Assembly (NCBI GenBank): GCA_024233435.1
Contig: JACKPQ010000001.1
Span: 660,582-724,581 of the forward strand
DNA length: 64,000 nt
Direction of reading: 5' to 3'
From: Chlamydiales bacterium
Lineage (GTDB): Bacteria; Chlamydiota; Chlamydiia; Chlamydiales; JACKPQ01
Position numbers and translations under genes: made by a program. Each line of letters begins with the position of its first letter. The first letter of the stretch is position 1. The notes under the pieces are model-generated. The model ran no database searches. It was not told where the DNA came from and saw only the letters and a program-made list of their open reading frames with translations. Below are positions 1 through 9,365 of the stretch, in pieces.

Positions 1-2
1 AG

Positions 3-833
3 GCACTCGCTGAAGCTGGCTGCGAAGTTATATTAGGTGTCTGGACGCCTATCCTCAAAATCTTCACTATGTCTTGGGAGCAGGGCAAATTTGATGAGTC
101 CCGCAAACTATCTGATGGATCACTTTGGAGCTTTGCAAAGGTGTATGCTTTAGATGCAAGCTTTGATCATCCTGAAGATGTCCCTGAAGAAATTAAAAAC
201 AACAAGCGATACAAAGACGCTGATTCTTATACCATTCACGAAGTTGCAGAGGCAGTCGCTAGTGATTTTGGCAAAATTGATTTCCTCGTTCACTCTTTAG
301 CCAATGGCCCAGAGGTCAAAAAACCTCTTCTTGAAACCTCGCGCCAAGGCTACTTAGCAGCTGTCAGCTCTTCGAGCTACTCTTTTGTCAGCATGCTCCA
401 ACACTTTGGTCCGCACATGAATGAGGGTGGAGCAGCCGTTTGCCTCACTTACCTAGCTTCAGAAAAAGCTGTGCCTGGTTACGGTGGCGGCATGAGCTCT
501 GCAAAAGCTGCCCTCGAGAGCGACACGCGCACACTCGCCTGGGAAGCTGGACGCAAGTGGAATATTCGCACCAACACCATCTCTGCAGGAGCTTTAGCTT
601 CAAGAGCTGCTAAAGCCATCGGCTTTATCGACCAGATGATCAACTACGCCCAAGCTAATGCACCTCTTCAACGCGATATGGAAGCGGAAGATGTCGGCAA
701 TGCTGCCCTATTTCTTCTTTCGCCATTTGCGCAAGCCATCACAGGCGCAACGCTTTATGTCGATAACGGCATGCATGCTATGGGAGTTGCTCCGACTCAT
801 CCCGCATTTGAGGAACAATCAGCCCTTGTTTAA
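3..833 (+). CDS. fabI: Enoyl-[acyl-carrier-protein] reductase (NADH) FabI, 5'-truncated by the window edge
   Basis: The frame is open from nt 3 ([14 protein letters not shown] precedes the first Met at 69). SDR/FabI hallmarks are present: [39 protein letters not shown]. The layout is the plant/chlamydial FabI type. Confidence 0.9.
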   Translation, partial: ALAEAGCEVILGVWTPILKIFTMSWEQGKFDESRKLSDGSLWSFAKVYALDASFDHPEDVPEEIKNNKRYKDADSYTIHEVAEAVASDFGKIDFLVHSLANGPEVKKPLLETSRQGYLAAVSSSSYSFVSMLQHFGPHMNEGGAAVCLTYLASEKAVPGYGGGMSSAKAALESDTRTLAWEAGRKWNIRTNTISAGALASRAAKAIGFIDQMINYAQANAPLQRDMEAEDVGNAALFLLSPFAQAITGATLYVDNGMHAMGVAPTHPAFEEQSALV

Positions 834-893
834 TTAATGTCGATTAGTTAAATTAATTATATAAAACTAAATTGATTTAACTGTGGGTAAATT

Positions 894-1448
894 ATGCCTA
901 GCGATATTAATATGGAAAAATTAGGCGCCGAAATGGCGATTCTAATTAAACAAGAGGGTCTCATGGATTCTGATATCCTAAGTGGTATCCACTCCGTTTT
1001 CGATGAAATCACCTTACATGCTATCGAAGAAGGTCTTGTCGACCCATCAGAAATCGATCCAAAATTGTCTGAGCTCTACGATGCATATGAAAACTATCTC
1101 AACAAAGCCTCTGATACGCATCTTGACGCGTTTGATAATGCCTTAAAATCAGTGGGAGCATCGCTTGGAAACATTCCACATAAATGGGCAACTCACGCCC
1201 TTAGAGATTCTCTAAAAACAGCCGACCAATGGATCCTTGATCATCCACGTTATGCTGAAGGGATCTACAGCGCTGTCACACTTATTGTTCAACACAGTGA
1301 CTACGTTAAAGAGGCCAAAGGGCATGCCGAAGATTTGATGCTCGGAATTGAAGAGTTAGAAGATGGCAAGACAACAGAAGAGCGCCTCCTCAACGATTCT
1401 AACAAGCTCCTTCATACCCTTGAGCTTCACCAATCAAAAGCAGCATAG
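894..1448 (+). CDS. Hypothetical protein (acidic, predicted helical)
   Basis: 184-aa ORF with an ATG start in an AT-rich spacer after fabI. No motif recognised. Confidence 0.5.
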   Translation: MPSDINMEKLGAEMAILIKQEGLMDSDILSGIHSVFDEITLHAIEEGLVDPSEIDPKLSELYDAYENYLNKASDTHLDAFDNALKSVGASLGNIPHKWATHALRDSLKTADQWILDHPRYAEGIYSAVTLIVQHSDYVKEAKGHAEDLMLGIEELEDGKTTEERLLNDSNKLLHTLELHQSKAA

Positions 1449-1504
1449 CGCTGCTCTGTTGACATAAAAAAACACAGCATATACGTTGCCGATATGACGT
1501 TAAA

Positions 1505-2407
1505 GTGGAGTTTTTTGTGAACGAGCAAAGCAGCAGTAATACGCAATCTCTAACAGAAAAAGCCGTCACTAGAATGGCATGGGAAAAGCCCTATCTTGAA
1601 GCTTTGATCGACCATTTAAATCCTTCCGGCGAAGTACTGGAAGTCGGATTTGCACTCGGTTACTCTTCCAATCGTATTCAAACATTTCATCCAAAGCATC
1701 ATGTAATTATCGAATCTGACCCTGAAATCGCAGCAAAGGCCTTGAAATGGGCAGAGCATAATCCTGCTATCACAGTCATTCATGATACGTGGAAGAATGC
1801 ATTGCCAAATCTAGGAATCTTTGATGCCGTATTTTTTAACGATATTGACCCTGAGCTCGAAGCACAAAAAACGCGCAATCTAAACACTGGAAATATGGTT
1901 ATAAAAAAGGGGCAAGCCCTTATATCACGCATAAAAGAGCAAATACCTCAAATTGCGAGCACCAAGTATACAGACTCCGACCTCGATGTATTTTTTAATC
2001 AAGTGGGCCAATTCCAACCCTCTCAAATGGCCAATTTTCTGCATGATCTTATGAAAAATGAGCAAATTTCTAAAGAATGTTATGAAAGATTGCTCCCAAA
2101 ACACAATCTACAAAAAACCGCGCCTCCAACCACAACGAGTACCGAAAAACACACTGATGTCATGCTTCTTTTCTTGCAGGATTGTCTTCAAAATCATATG
2201 CGCAAGGGCAGCCGGTTTTCTTGCTTCGCAAGCTCTCCTATATCCAAATTTGAAAATCCTGAATTCTTTGATGCAATTATAACAAGCCCAAACTACGACT
2301 ATCAGGAAAGAATGATGCCGGTGGATGTCCCAACATCATGCGAATATTATAAGCATGATGAGGCCCTCATTATGCTTGTCGAAAAGCAAGATCGGGGAAA
2401 CGATTGA
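1505..2407 (+). CDS. Class I SAM-dependent methyltransferase, guanidinoacetate N-methyltransferase (GAMT)/RMT2-like, with an internal insertion
   Basis: MAWEKPYLEALIDHL..GEVLEVGFALGYSSNRIQ...HHVIIESDPEI...LKWAE...DTWKNALPNLGIFDAVFFND parallels, from memory, the GAMT pattern WETPYM.AL...VLEVGFGM...H.IIE.N..V...L..WA....G.WE.V.P.L....FD.I.YD. The start is a non-ATG codon (GTG) at 1505; GTG 1517 is an alternative. Confidence 0.55.
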   Translation: MEFFVNEQSSSNTQSLTEKAVTRMAWEKPYLEALIDHLNPSGEVLEVGFALGYSSNRIQTFHPKHHVIIESDPEIAAKALKWAEHNPAITVIHDTWKNALPNLGIFDAVFFNDIDPELEAQKTRNLNTGNMVIKKGQALISRIKEQIPQIASTKYTDSDLDVFFNQVGQFQPSQMANFLHDLMKNEQISKECYERLLPKHNLQKTAPPTTTSTEKHTDVMLLFLQDCLQNHMRKGSRFSCFASSPISKFENPEFFDAIITSPNYDYQERMMPVDVPTSCEYYKHDEALIMLVEKQDRGND

Positions 2408-3390
2408 TGGTTAATTCAAACGAGGTGCTAAGTCAAAATGAAAAGCCGAAAATAAAAAAGAGTGTTGCACCTCTTCTTGATAATTATTACACCCATCCAA
2501 GCACTTCCCCACTCACCTTTCAATTTGAGTCGCAGCTTTTTGTCTCCTCAGATTTAAGGCTGCAAAGTGCCTCAATTAAGCAAGCCTCCATAGATGAAAA
2601 GCATCTCTATATTATTGACGATTTTTTTCTACCCTCTGAACAAGAAGAGTTGAGGCTTTTCTCCAAAAATGCCAGCTTTAGCCGGAATAGTTATGGAAGT
2701 CCTGAAGCCATTGAAAATGGAGAAAAGCCAGCTCAATCAATGAATGGAAAAGAGCGGTGGCAGTTTTTTTCTCATCCTCCCTCAGGAATCACTGAAGTTT
2801 ATAAACTATTTGCTACACTTGGCGCAAAAATAAACGCAGATATCACAACTCTTCCATGGGAATTGTGCACCCAGTCTTCACATGGATCTCCTGCAGTCAT
2901 TGCAAATAAGCTTACTGAAGCATCTGAAGAGAGCAGAGAATTGGGCAAACATCAGGACTGCAATCCAGAAAACAGGGTGTCTTTTGGAATCCCCGTTCTC
3001 TATTCTGAAGGAAAAGAATTTCACCCTAACAAGTTTGCCAATGGATCAACAGGAAAACCTTGGCTTATCTCAGCTATGGTCTACACAACTGCGGAAGAGT
3101 TTTTGCCAGAGTATCGTTTGGGAACAATATTTTACGATCATCATGGAAACATAGCTTTGAGGGCCAACTGCGTAAATATGCGCTTAGTTTTCTTTGAAGG
3201 GGATTTGTTTCACAGCATTGAAGAATCCAAAATCCCGTCTGAAGTTAAGACATGGCGGACTTCTTATGTATTTAAACTGATCATCAACCCAAAAGATCGA
3301 GACCTCAACGTAAAGGAAGCTTTTGCTGATTTAATGCGTCCATTGTGTCAGGGTGAAAATCTTTCTCTAGGCACACAAGCACGAGGATAG
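2404..3390 (+). CDS. Putative 2OG-Fe(II) oxygenase (prolyl 4-hydroxylase-like)
   Basis: HLYIIDDFFLPSEQEELRLF resembles the N-terminal P4H-type segment. An HxD candidate (HQDCNPE) and a distal His (DLFHSIEES) are present. The likely ATG at 2407 overlaps the upstream TGA by 1 nt. Confidence 0.4.
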   Translation: MMVNSNEVLSQNEKPKIKKSVAPLLDNYYTHPSTSPLTFQFESQLFVSSDLRLQSASIKQASIDEKHLYIIDDFFLPSEQEELRLFSKNASFSRNSYGSPEAIENGEKPAQSMNGKERWQFFSHPPSGITEVYKLFATLGAKINADITTLPWELCTQSSHGSPAVIANKLTEASEESRELGKHQDCNPENRVSFGIPVLYSEGKEFHPNKFANGSTGKPWLISAMVYTTAEEFLPEYRLGTIFYDHHGNIALRANCVNMRLVFFEGDLFHSIEESKIPSEVKTWRTSYVFKLIINPKDRDLNVKEAFADLMRPLCQGENLSLGTQARG

Positions 3391-3399
3391 GCAAAAAAA

Positions 3400-4530
3400 T
3401 CAAAAGCGGCGTAAAGTTACTCTGACCTTAGCTGGACCTTGTTTTTGAACGCAGCGCAGGGCAATGCGCCAGTCGTAGGTCGCAAAGCGATTAGAGCCGC
3501 GTGCTGCTGTTTGTGCTGGGCGGTTTGCCCGACTAATGTGCCCCATAAATGTCCCCTCTCCAAGCGATTCAAAGCATAGTGTAAAGGGTCCGATTCTAAC
3601 GGTTTGATCAATTGCAAAGGCACTCGCTCCCTGATTATCAACAGAAATTGGTCGGGTATGGCTAATGTAAAAACAGAGTTCTTCATCATGATCTGGATAG
3701 GTAAATTCTAGGGTTTGACCATCTTGTGTATTCATCAAAAAATGCTTGGCTTGGCATACTAGATCACAATCGGTGTGATAGTAGCGCATAAGATGAAAAA
3801 ACTTGTCCACCTCTGACGGCATATAGGAGGTATGGTAAAGGCAATCAGGAGCTGATCCTTTTATGGAAATGGGCTGAGCAATGGATGATCGCAAGCAAAT
3901 GGGGTGATCACCAACGCTGTTTCCTAAAAATAGATCCAGCAATGAGAAGACTTGCCGCTTTTCTTCTTGGGGCTCGTAAAGCCCAACAAAGCAGTTAAGG
4001 GTTGGATGAATGTGGCGGCTTAAGTTTTGCAAACAGATCGGGTCGGGACTAGCGCGATAAGCTTGCAAAAGCAGTGACCAGTCACTGCTAGATTCCCCTT
4101 TCCATTCATCTGCATCAATTGGAAGGCCTTTAACAGCTTTTAGCAGAGTTTTATGTGCAGGAGTGACAAAAGCTCTATCAGTAATGCTATCGCAAAAAGC
4201 ATGCAAACGATCGATGACCGGCTTGAAATCTTTAAGAATCGTCCCAAATTGCTTTTGGATAAGATGGAAGGGGGTGAGCAGCTCAAAGGCTGTCAATGAA
4301 TTATAAGTATGAGGATACTCGTGCAGGTAGTGGGGAAAAGCACCAGAGGGCGCTTGAAATGCACATAGCCTGTCTAAAAGAAACTTAGCCTCATAGAGTT
4401 GTTGGGATGATTTTGTTTGTAAGAGCTCGAGAATGTGGCATGCATTTTCAATCACAGGGATTGTATCGTGGCGCCCATCTGTTGAGTGTGGATTAAAATG
4501 AATCCAACCTGTTTGTTTTGATTTTAACAT
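3400..4530 (-). CDS. Hypothetical protein
   Basis: 376-aa ORF that overlaps the stop of the upstream HAD gene by 7 nt, giving an operon-like arrangement. No motif recognised. Confidence 0.55.
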   Translation of the reverse strand: MLKSKQTGWIHFNPHSTDGRHDTIPVIENACHILELLQTKSSQQLYEAKFLLDRLCAFQAPSGAFPHYLHEYPHTYNSLTAFELLTPFHLIQKQFGTILKDFKPVIDRLHAFCDSITDRAFVTPAHKTLLKAVKGLPIDADEWKGESSSDWSLLLQAYRASPDPICLQNLSRHIHPTLNCFVGLYEPQEEKRQVFSLLDLFLGNSVGDHPICLRSSIAQPISIKGSAPDCLYHTSYMPSEVDKFFHLMRYYHTDCDLVCQAKHFLMNTQDGQTLEFTYPDHDEELCFYISHTRPISVDNQGASAFAIDQTVRIGPFTLCFESLGEGTFMGHISRANRPAQTAARGSNRFATYDWRIALRCVQKQGPAKVRVTLRRF

Positions 4531-5360
4531 TGTAAAAGTGCTTGCTCAATACCGGAAATAATTCCCATTTCTGTCGAGGGTGGAGCCATGATTGTTCCAT
4601 GCGCGGTCACATGCTCTGGAGCTCCCCCCATGACGATGGCAATGTCTGCTTCTTTAAACATGGGGATATCGTTTGCATCATCGCCAGCTGCAATGATAGG
4701 GCCTTTGATATCGCATAGCTTTGCAATGCGCTTTAAAGCGCCTCCTTTTTGACCTAGCTCATGAGTGATTAAAATCAAATGGTAAAACCCATCGCTAACA
4801 GGATCTGAAATCAATGATGTTGCAATACCGGGATAACCCTGCAATTTTTCCTCAATTGGATGCATCGATGCGTAACTCCCAACGCATTTGATCAGTGGAA
4901 AAGGCGAATCAATCCCATTGCGCTTTTGCCAAGGCGCATCAGAGAGCTTTTGCAATTTGTCTAAATAAGGATGCATCTGCTCTGGAAATTTTTCAGGGCG
5001 CCAATAGCAAAAATCCCCTTTTTCATAACCGCTATAGATGAGATAGTCTGTCTCTAAATCTGTATAAAGCTGATCAAGATGGTCGAGAATTCCATCTTGC
5101 AAATAGGCGCGATCGATACGCTTTTCCTCGGGCATCGATAAAATATCAGCACCATTTTGAATGCCCAAATAATAGGGAAAATTCATGTTGGCAATGGCGC
5201 GCTTGGCAAACGAATACATCCGACCCGTGATCAGAGCGATCTGCCAGCCACTGTCGTGCAATCCATGGAGGTAATTGACAACCTGATCGGGAATAAGGCG
5301 GCTGCCATCAGTGAGGGTGCCATCGATATCGAGGGCAATTAATCCTTGCTTCTTGCTCAT
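4524..5360 (-). CDS. HAD-superfamily hydrolase, Cof-type (subfamily IIB) phosphatase
   Basis: HAD motif I is LIALDIDGTLTD and motif IV is AAGDDANDIPMF, with a cap-domain-sized insert between them. Confidence 0.85.
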   Translation of the reverse strand: MSKKQGLIALDIDGTLTDGSRLIPDQVVNYLHGLHDSGWQIALITGRMYSFAKRAIANMNFPYYLGIQNGADILSMPEEKRIDRAYLQDGILDHLDQLYTDLETDYLIYSGYEKGDFCYWRPEKFPEQMHPYLDKLQKLSDAPWQKRNGIDSPFPLIKCVGSYASMHPIEEKLQGYPGIATSLISDPVSDGFYHLILITHELGQKGGALKRIAKLCDIKGPIIAAGDDANDIPMFKEADIAIVMGGAPEHVTAHGTIMAPPSTEMGIISGIEQALLQC

Positions 5361-5381
5361 AGAAACAGTATAACAAAGGAC

Positions 5382-5810
5382 ATGAAAATACGAAACTTTT
5401 TACTGATCTTAGCACTTTGCTCCTCTGCTTATGCAGGCAAGGAAATTTTTGAAGAGACGGTAAGTACCCCTCCTCCTGTTGAACATACACACCCAGAGGC
5501 CCCGACTAGTGATCTAACGCAAACCTCATATGGCCACGCGCTCACGAAAATGGTCCTGACCCTTGCAGCTCTTCTAGCTCTTTTTGCACTCTCCTACTGG
5601 CTCTTAAAGAAAGTGGGGCGCCATCGCGTTACAGGCATGAATAACCTTAAAGCCATTAAAATCCGCGAGCGCAGACCCATCAGCCCGAAAACGACACTTT
5701 ACCTTATAGAGCTGGCTGGAAAAGAAATTCTAATCGCTGAGTCGCAACTCGATGTGCGCTCTCTTGCCACTTATGAGTGGCCCGATGAAGACCCTATCCC
5801 AAAAAATTAA
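5382..5810 (+). CDS. FliO/MopB-like small membrane protein
   Basis: A signal-like N-terminus (MKIRNFLLILALCSSAYA) is followed by a TM helix and basic patch (LAALLALFALSYWLLKKVGRH). Then comes LKAIKIRERRPISPKTTLYLIELAGKEILIAES, which parallels E. coli FliO (WLVKRLG...GLKI..S.SLG.RERVVVV.V....LVLGVT). ATG 5382 is preferred over the TTG at 5346. Confidence 0.45.
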   Translation: MKIRNFLLILALCSSAYAGKEIFEETVSTPPPVEHTHPEAPTSDLTQTSYGHALTKMVLTLAALLALFALSYWLLKKVGRHRVTGMNNLKAIKIRERRPISPKTTLYLIELAGKEILIAESQLDVRSLATYEWPDEDPIPKN

Positions 5811-7044
5811 AAATAGTTTCAATTGTGTAATCGATATGCTCATTGGTATGAGCCAATGAGACAAAGGCCGACTCAAAGGGCGATTGAGGCATATAGATAC
5901 CTTTGCTTAAGCAATGGCCAAAGTAGCACTTGAAAAGCTCTTTATCTTGCTGCTTGCTCTGCTCAAAGTTACGCACCTCATCAACTCCCCAAAACAGAGT
6001 GAACATCGCCCCCACTTGGCTCGTGCATACCCTTGAAGATACAGCATCTACAATGCGTTTTGCTTTTGCAGATATAGAATCAAAAACGCCTGGTTTACAT
6101 AATTCTTGCAGAGTAGCATAACCTGAAGCCAAAGCTAGCGGGTTGCTCGATAAGGTCCCTGCTTGATAAACATCTCCTATCGGAGCAAGAAGATCCATAA
6201 TTTCCTTGCGCCCTCCAAAAGCTGCGCATGGCAATCCCCCGCCGATGATTTTTCCAAGGCATGTCATATCAGGCACGACGTTGTAAATGGCTTGTGCTCC
6301 CCCCAAATGAGCTCGGAAACCAGACATCACCTCATCAAAAATAAGAACAGCTCCATACTGCGTGGTTAGCTTTTGCAATAATTGAATAAATTCATCAGTT
6401 GATGGAATCACGCCCATGTTTCCAGCAATTGGCTCGATGATCACAACTCCCACTTCATTTCCACGCTGGTCAAATAGCGCCTGCAAAGCCTCACAATCAT
6501 TGAAGGGAAGCGATATTGTATCTTGAGGGGGAACGCCTTTGGAATCAACGATGCCAGTATGAGCCGAGCCCGCCTTTATCAAAAGTGGATCGCTGTGTCC
6601 GTGGTAATTTCCATCAAATTTAACCAGCAGATTTTTTTTAGCATAGGCTCTAGCAACGCGAATGGCACTCATCGTCGCTTCTGTTCCAGAAGAGACAAAT
6701 CGCAATTTTTCAATGCTTGGCATTTGCTGCACAATAAGCTGCGCCATTTTAAGCTCGAGCTCAAATGAATTGACATAGCAATGCCCCTTAGAGAGTTGCT
6801 CAGTAATTGCAGCAACAACCGCAGGATGGCTGTGTCCCAACATCAAAGCTCCCCAACCGCAGACATAATCGATATAGCTCTTACCATCGACGTCGATCAA
6901 TGTAGCGCCCTTCGATGACGCAATGACGAGAGGATCGTCATCGACTTGCCCAAAGGCTCTAGCAGGGCTGCAAACACCTCCAGGTATATGCTGCTGCAGT
7001 GATTCAAATATTTGCTTGGCTTTTGTTTGGCTTATTGTACTCAT
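5794..7044 (-). CDS. hemL: Glutamate-1-semialdehyde 2,1-aminomutase
   Basis: PGGVCSPARAF, the class III aminotransferase fold and the PLP-lysine context CLGKIIGGGLP. Confidence 0.92.
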   Translation of the reverse strand: MSTISQTKAKQIFESLQQHIPGGVCSPARAFGQVDDDPLVIASSKGATLIDVDGKSYIDYVCGWGALMLGHSHPAVVAAITEQLSKGHCYVNSFELELKMAQLIVQQMPSIEKLRFVSSGTEATMSAIRVARAYAKKNLLVKFDGNYHGHSDPLLIKAGSAHTGIVDSKGVPPQDTISLPFNDCEALQALFDQRGNEVGVVIIEPIAGNMGVIPSTDEFIQLLQKLTTQYGAVLIFDEVMSGFRAHLGGAQAIYNVVPDMTCLGKIIGGGLPCAAFGGRKEIMDLLAPIGDVYQAGTLSSNPLALASGYATLQELCKPGVFDSISAKAKRIVDAVSSRVCTSQVGAMFTLFWGVDEVRNFEQSKQQDKELFKCYFGHCLSKGIYMPQSPFESAFVSLAHTNEHIDYTIETIFNFLG

Positions 7045-7149
7045 AGGTTTGGATATAAACTAATCTCCAATTTCACTCAAGTTGATTTGATTTTTTCCTT
7101 GCAAAAAAATGTCTACGTTGATAAGCTTGAACGTAAGGGAGAGCAAGAT

Positions 7150-8004
7150 ATGTCAGTAGAAGTTAATCACAGTAGCCCAGCCATTCATCAGTCTGAGATA
7201 AGCCAATCAGACTCAGATCAAGCTACTATAAAGGAATTATTTGAATACGCCACGAATCTGATTGCCACTTTGCGGCAGGTAAAGAAGGGCAAAGGCGATA
7301 TTGAGCTTAACTTTAAAGATGAGCAAATCGATCTCCATCAGTTTTTATCGCAAGTTGAGGAGCAGTTGAGCAACGGCGATCACAGCATCGAAGAGCTTCA
7401 AAATATCAATCAATTGCTGCAAAGTGCCATTGATCAGGTAAAGGCAAAGCCGAAAAAAAGATTGGGTTATAACATGGGCATGGCCATGCGACCTCTTGTG
7501 ATCAACCACGATAAAGTTTCAAATACTAACATTCTTAATTTGATTAATGAAGGTAACGCACTTACAACCATCATGAATCGCTCTCGCCAATTAGCAGAAG
7601 ATTTAAGAAATGCAAAGACTGATATTGCAGATGGCAACTACAAGCATGAAGAACTGATCATTAAAATCCAAAGTTATCAAAATTTTATGGATGAGCAAAA
7701 AAGGCAGCATCCAGAACTTCTTAAGGACATCCCCAACCCGATCGAGGATTTACCTTTAGATGAACTCAAGGGCAACTCAAGTTATTTCAACACAAATTAC
7801 GACCAAGTCATAAAGACAATTGACAAAAAGATTGATCAACTTTCTGAAGTGATCACATCAGCTCAAAGTCTAGTGACCAGAGTGACGCTCTATTTGCATA
7901 AGGGTATGAAAGAAAGCGTCATCATTTCCGAAATTTTTCATTGCATCTATAAGTCTATTAATGAACTCATTAAACACATTAATGGAAACAGCAGGGGGGG
8001 CTAA
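7150..8004 (+). CDS. Hypothetical coiled-coil protein immediately upstream of a T3SS class II chaperone (candidate secretion substrate or tip-like protein)
   Basis: ATG 7150 is preceded by AAGGGAGAG. Its stop at 8002-8004 abuts the GTG start of the chaperone gene at 8005. The protein is hydrophilic and helical. The function is inferred from position only. Confidence 0.5.
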   Translation: MSVEVNHSSPAIHQSEISQSDSDQATIKELFEYATNLIATLRQVKKGKGDIELNFKDEQIDLHQFLSQVEEQLSNGDHSIEELQNINQLLQSAIDQVKAKPKKRLGYNMGMAMRPLVINHDKVSNTNILNLINEGNALTTIMNRSRQLAEDLRNAKTDIADGNYKHEELIIKIQSYQNFMDEQKRQHPELLKDIPNPIEDLPLDELKGNSSYFNTNYDQVIKTIDKKIDQLSEVITSAQSLVTRVTLYLHKGMKESVIISEIFHCIYKSINELIKHINGNSRGG

Positions 8005-8463
8005 GTGCAAACATCCATTCAAAAGGCACTCGATCAACTCATCGAGCGACAAATACACGACAAGCCTCTGCTTGACGGAAAAATGACGAGCGAGGATTTG
8101 TCTGTCCTCTACAATCTAGCTCAAGGTCTCTATGACGTTGGCGATTATGCTAAAGCTAGAGAAATATTCCAATATTTGACTCTAAATAAACCATTTGAGT
8201 CCAAACATTGGATGGGACTTGCCTCTGTTTTACAAATGGAAAAAAATTACGCCAATGCTCTAACTGCTTGGTCAATGCTCGCTGTCTTGCTTGGTGAAGA
8301 TCCCCTCCCCCATTTTCATGCTGCAGATTGTCTATGGATGCTCGGTGAGGGCGAAAAAGCAATGCTTGCTCTTGATGAAGCAGAACGGCATTTAGATGGC
8401 TCAACTTATCACCAAGACCTCAAAGAGAAAATTGCGGTTTTAAAAAAACAATGGTCTATATGA
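8005..8463 (+). CDS. Type III secretion class II (translocator) chaperone, LcrH/SycD/Scc-like TPR protein
   Basis: 152 aa with three TPR-like units (LYNLAQGLYDVGDYAKAREIFQYL / WMGLASVLQMEKNYANALTAW / HFHAADCLWMLGEGEKAMLAL). It is followed by hydrophobic translocator-like genes. Confidence 0.8.
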   Translation: MQTSIQKALDQLIERQIHDKPLLDGKMTSEDLSVLYNLAQGLYDVGDYAKAREIFQYLTLNKPFESKHWMGLASVLQMEKNYANALTAWSMLAVLLGEDPLPHFHAADCLWMLGEGEKAMLALDEAERHLDGSTYHQDLKEKIAVLKKQWSI

Positions 8464-9350
8464 TGAATATCAACCCGATAGACCATTTGAAAAGCTCACC
8501 TTCTGCCGACTCAAAAGCAAGTCATGTCAACGCTGCGACCCATCCTCAAGATCGCCTTTCGAAGGCAAATGATAACGGAAGTTCCTATCTCCCATCAAAG
8601 CCGAATCTGAGCAGATGCCCTAATGAAAATAAAGAGCCTGCAGTCATTCGCTTTATCCAGTTTGTTAATGAAATCGAACAGTCGCAAAACAGCATCCTAC
8701 GTTGGCGCATGGGTGAACTTAACACGTTGCAAAAACATCTGACAGACACAACTCTAGAGCACCAGAGAGATAGCCATCGTTTAAAGACTGCCCAAGAAAA
8801 CTGCAGGTGGTGGAGCCAGACTGGATCCATCATAAGTGTAGTTACTGCGGCAACATCAATTGCCACTGGTTTTTCCCTTTTGCCAAACGAGAATATATCT
8901 AGATGGGTTAGCGGAGGCATGATTGCAGCTGGGGTAGGGTCGATTAGTGCAACGACGTTAAGCGGAGCTGGGGTCTTCCCCCAGTTCTCAGCAGCTCTAG
9001 CACTTGCAGCAGGAATCTTGGGAGTTGCCGTTGGAGGCAGCTCTATTGTTAATCAAATGATCTACTCTGAAAATGTTGCTTTAGCAACAATCAGTCAGCT
9101 CTGTAATTGTGTCCGAGCCTCTTCGACTTGCGCCGGCGGGCTAAGAAAGGCTGACCTTATTTGGGAAAATAAAAAATTTGATGAGAGCCGAAATAAGTTA
9201 GGTGATGACCAGAAAAAAATTCGGTCGCAATGCGACGATGCCAATCACTTAGTAGAGGCAATAAATCACTTGCACGAATCGGCAATGAAATTTTTAGAAA
9301 ATCAACTCGAGCTGATGCGCATAGCTAAATCTGTTGCGTCAGCTGCATAA
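8451..9350 (+). CDS. Putative T3SS major translocator (CopB/YopB-like), unusually short
   Basis: Coiled-coil N-terminal half, then Gly/Ala-rich hydrophobic hairpin segments (SIISVVTAATSIATGFSLL, GGMIAAGVGSISATTLSGAG, AALALAAGILGVAVGGSSIV). An in-frame ATG at 8460 forms an ATGA overlap with the chaperone stop. Confidence 0.6.
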   Translation: MVYMMNINPIDHLKSSPSADSKASHVNAATHPQDRLSKANDNGSSYLPSKPNLSRCPNENKEPAVIRFIQFVNEIEQSQNSILRWRMGELNTLQKHLTDTTLEHQRDSHRLKTAQENCRWWSQTGSIISVVTAATSIATGFSLLPNENISRWVSGGMIAAGVGSISATTLSGAGVFPQFSAALALAAGILGVAVGGSSIVNQMIYSENVALATISQLCNCVRASSTCAGGLRKADLIWENKKFDESRNKLGDDQKKIRSQCDDANHLVEAINHLHESAMKFLENQLELMRIAKSVASAA

Positions 9351-9365
9351 CAAAATAGAGGGAAA

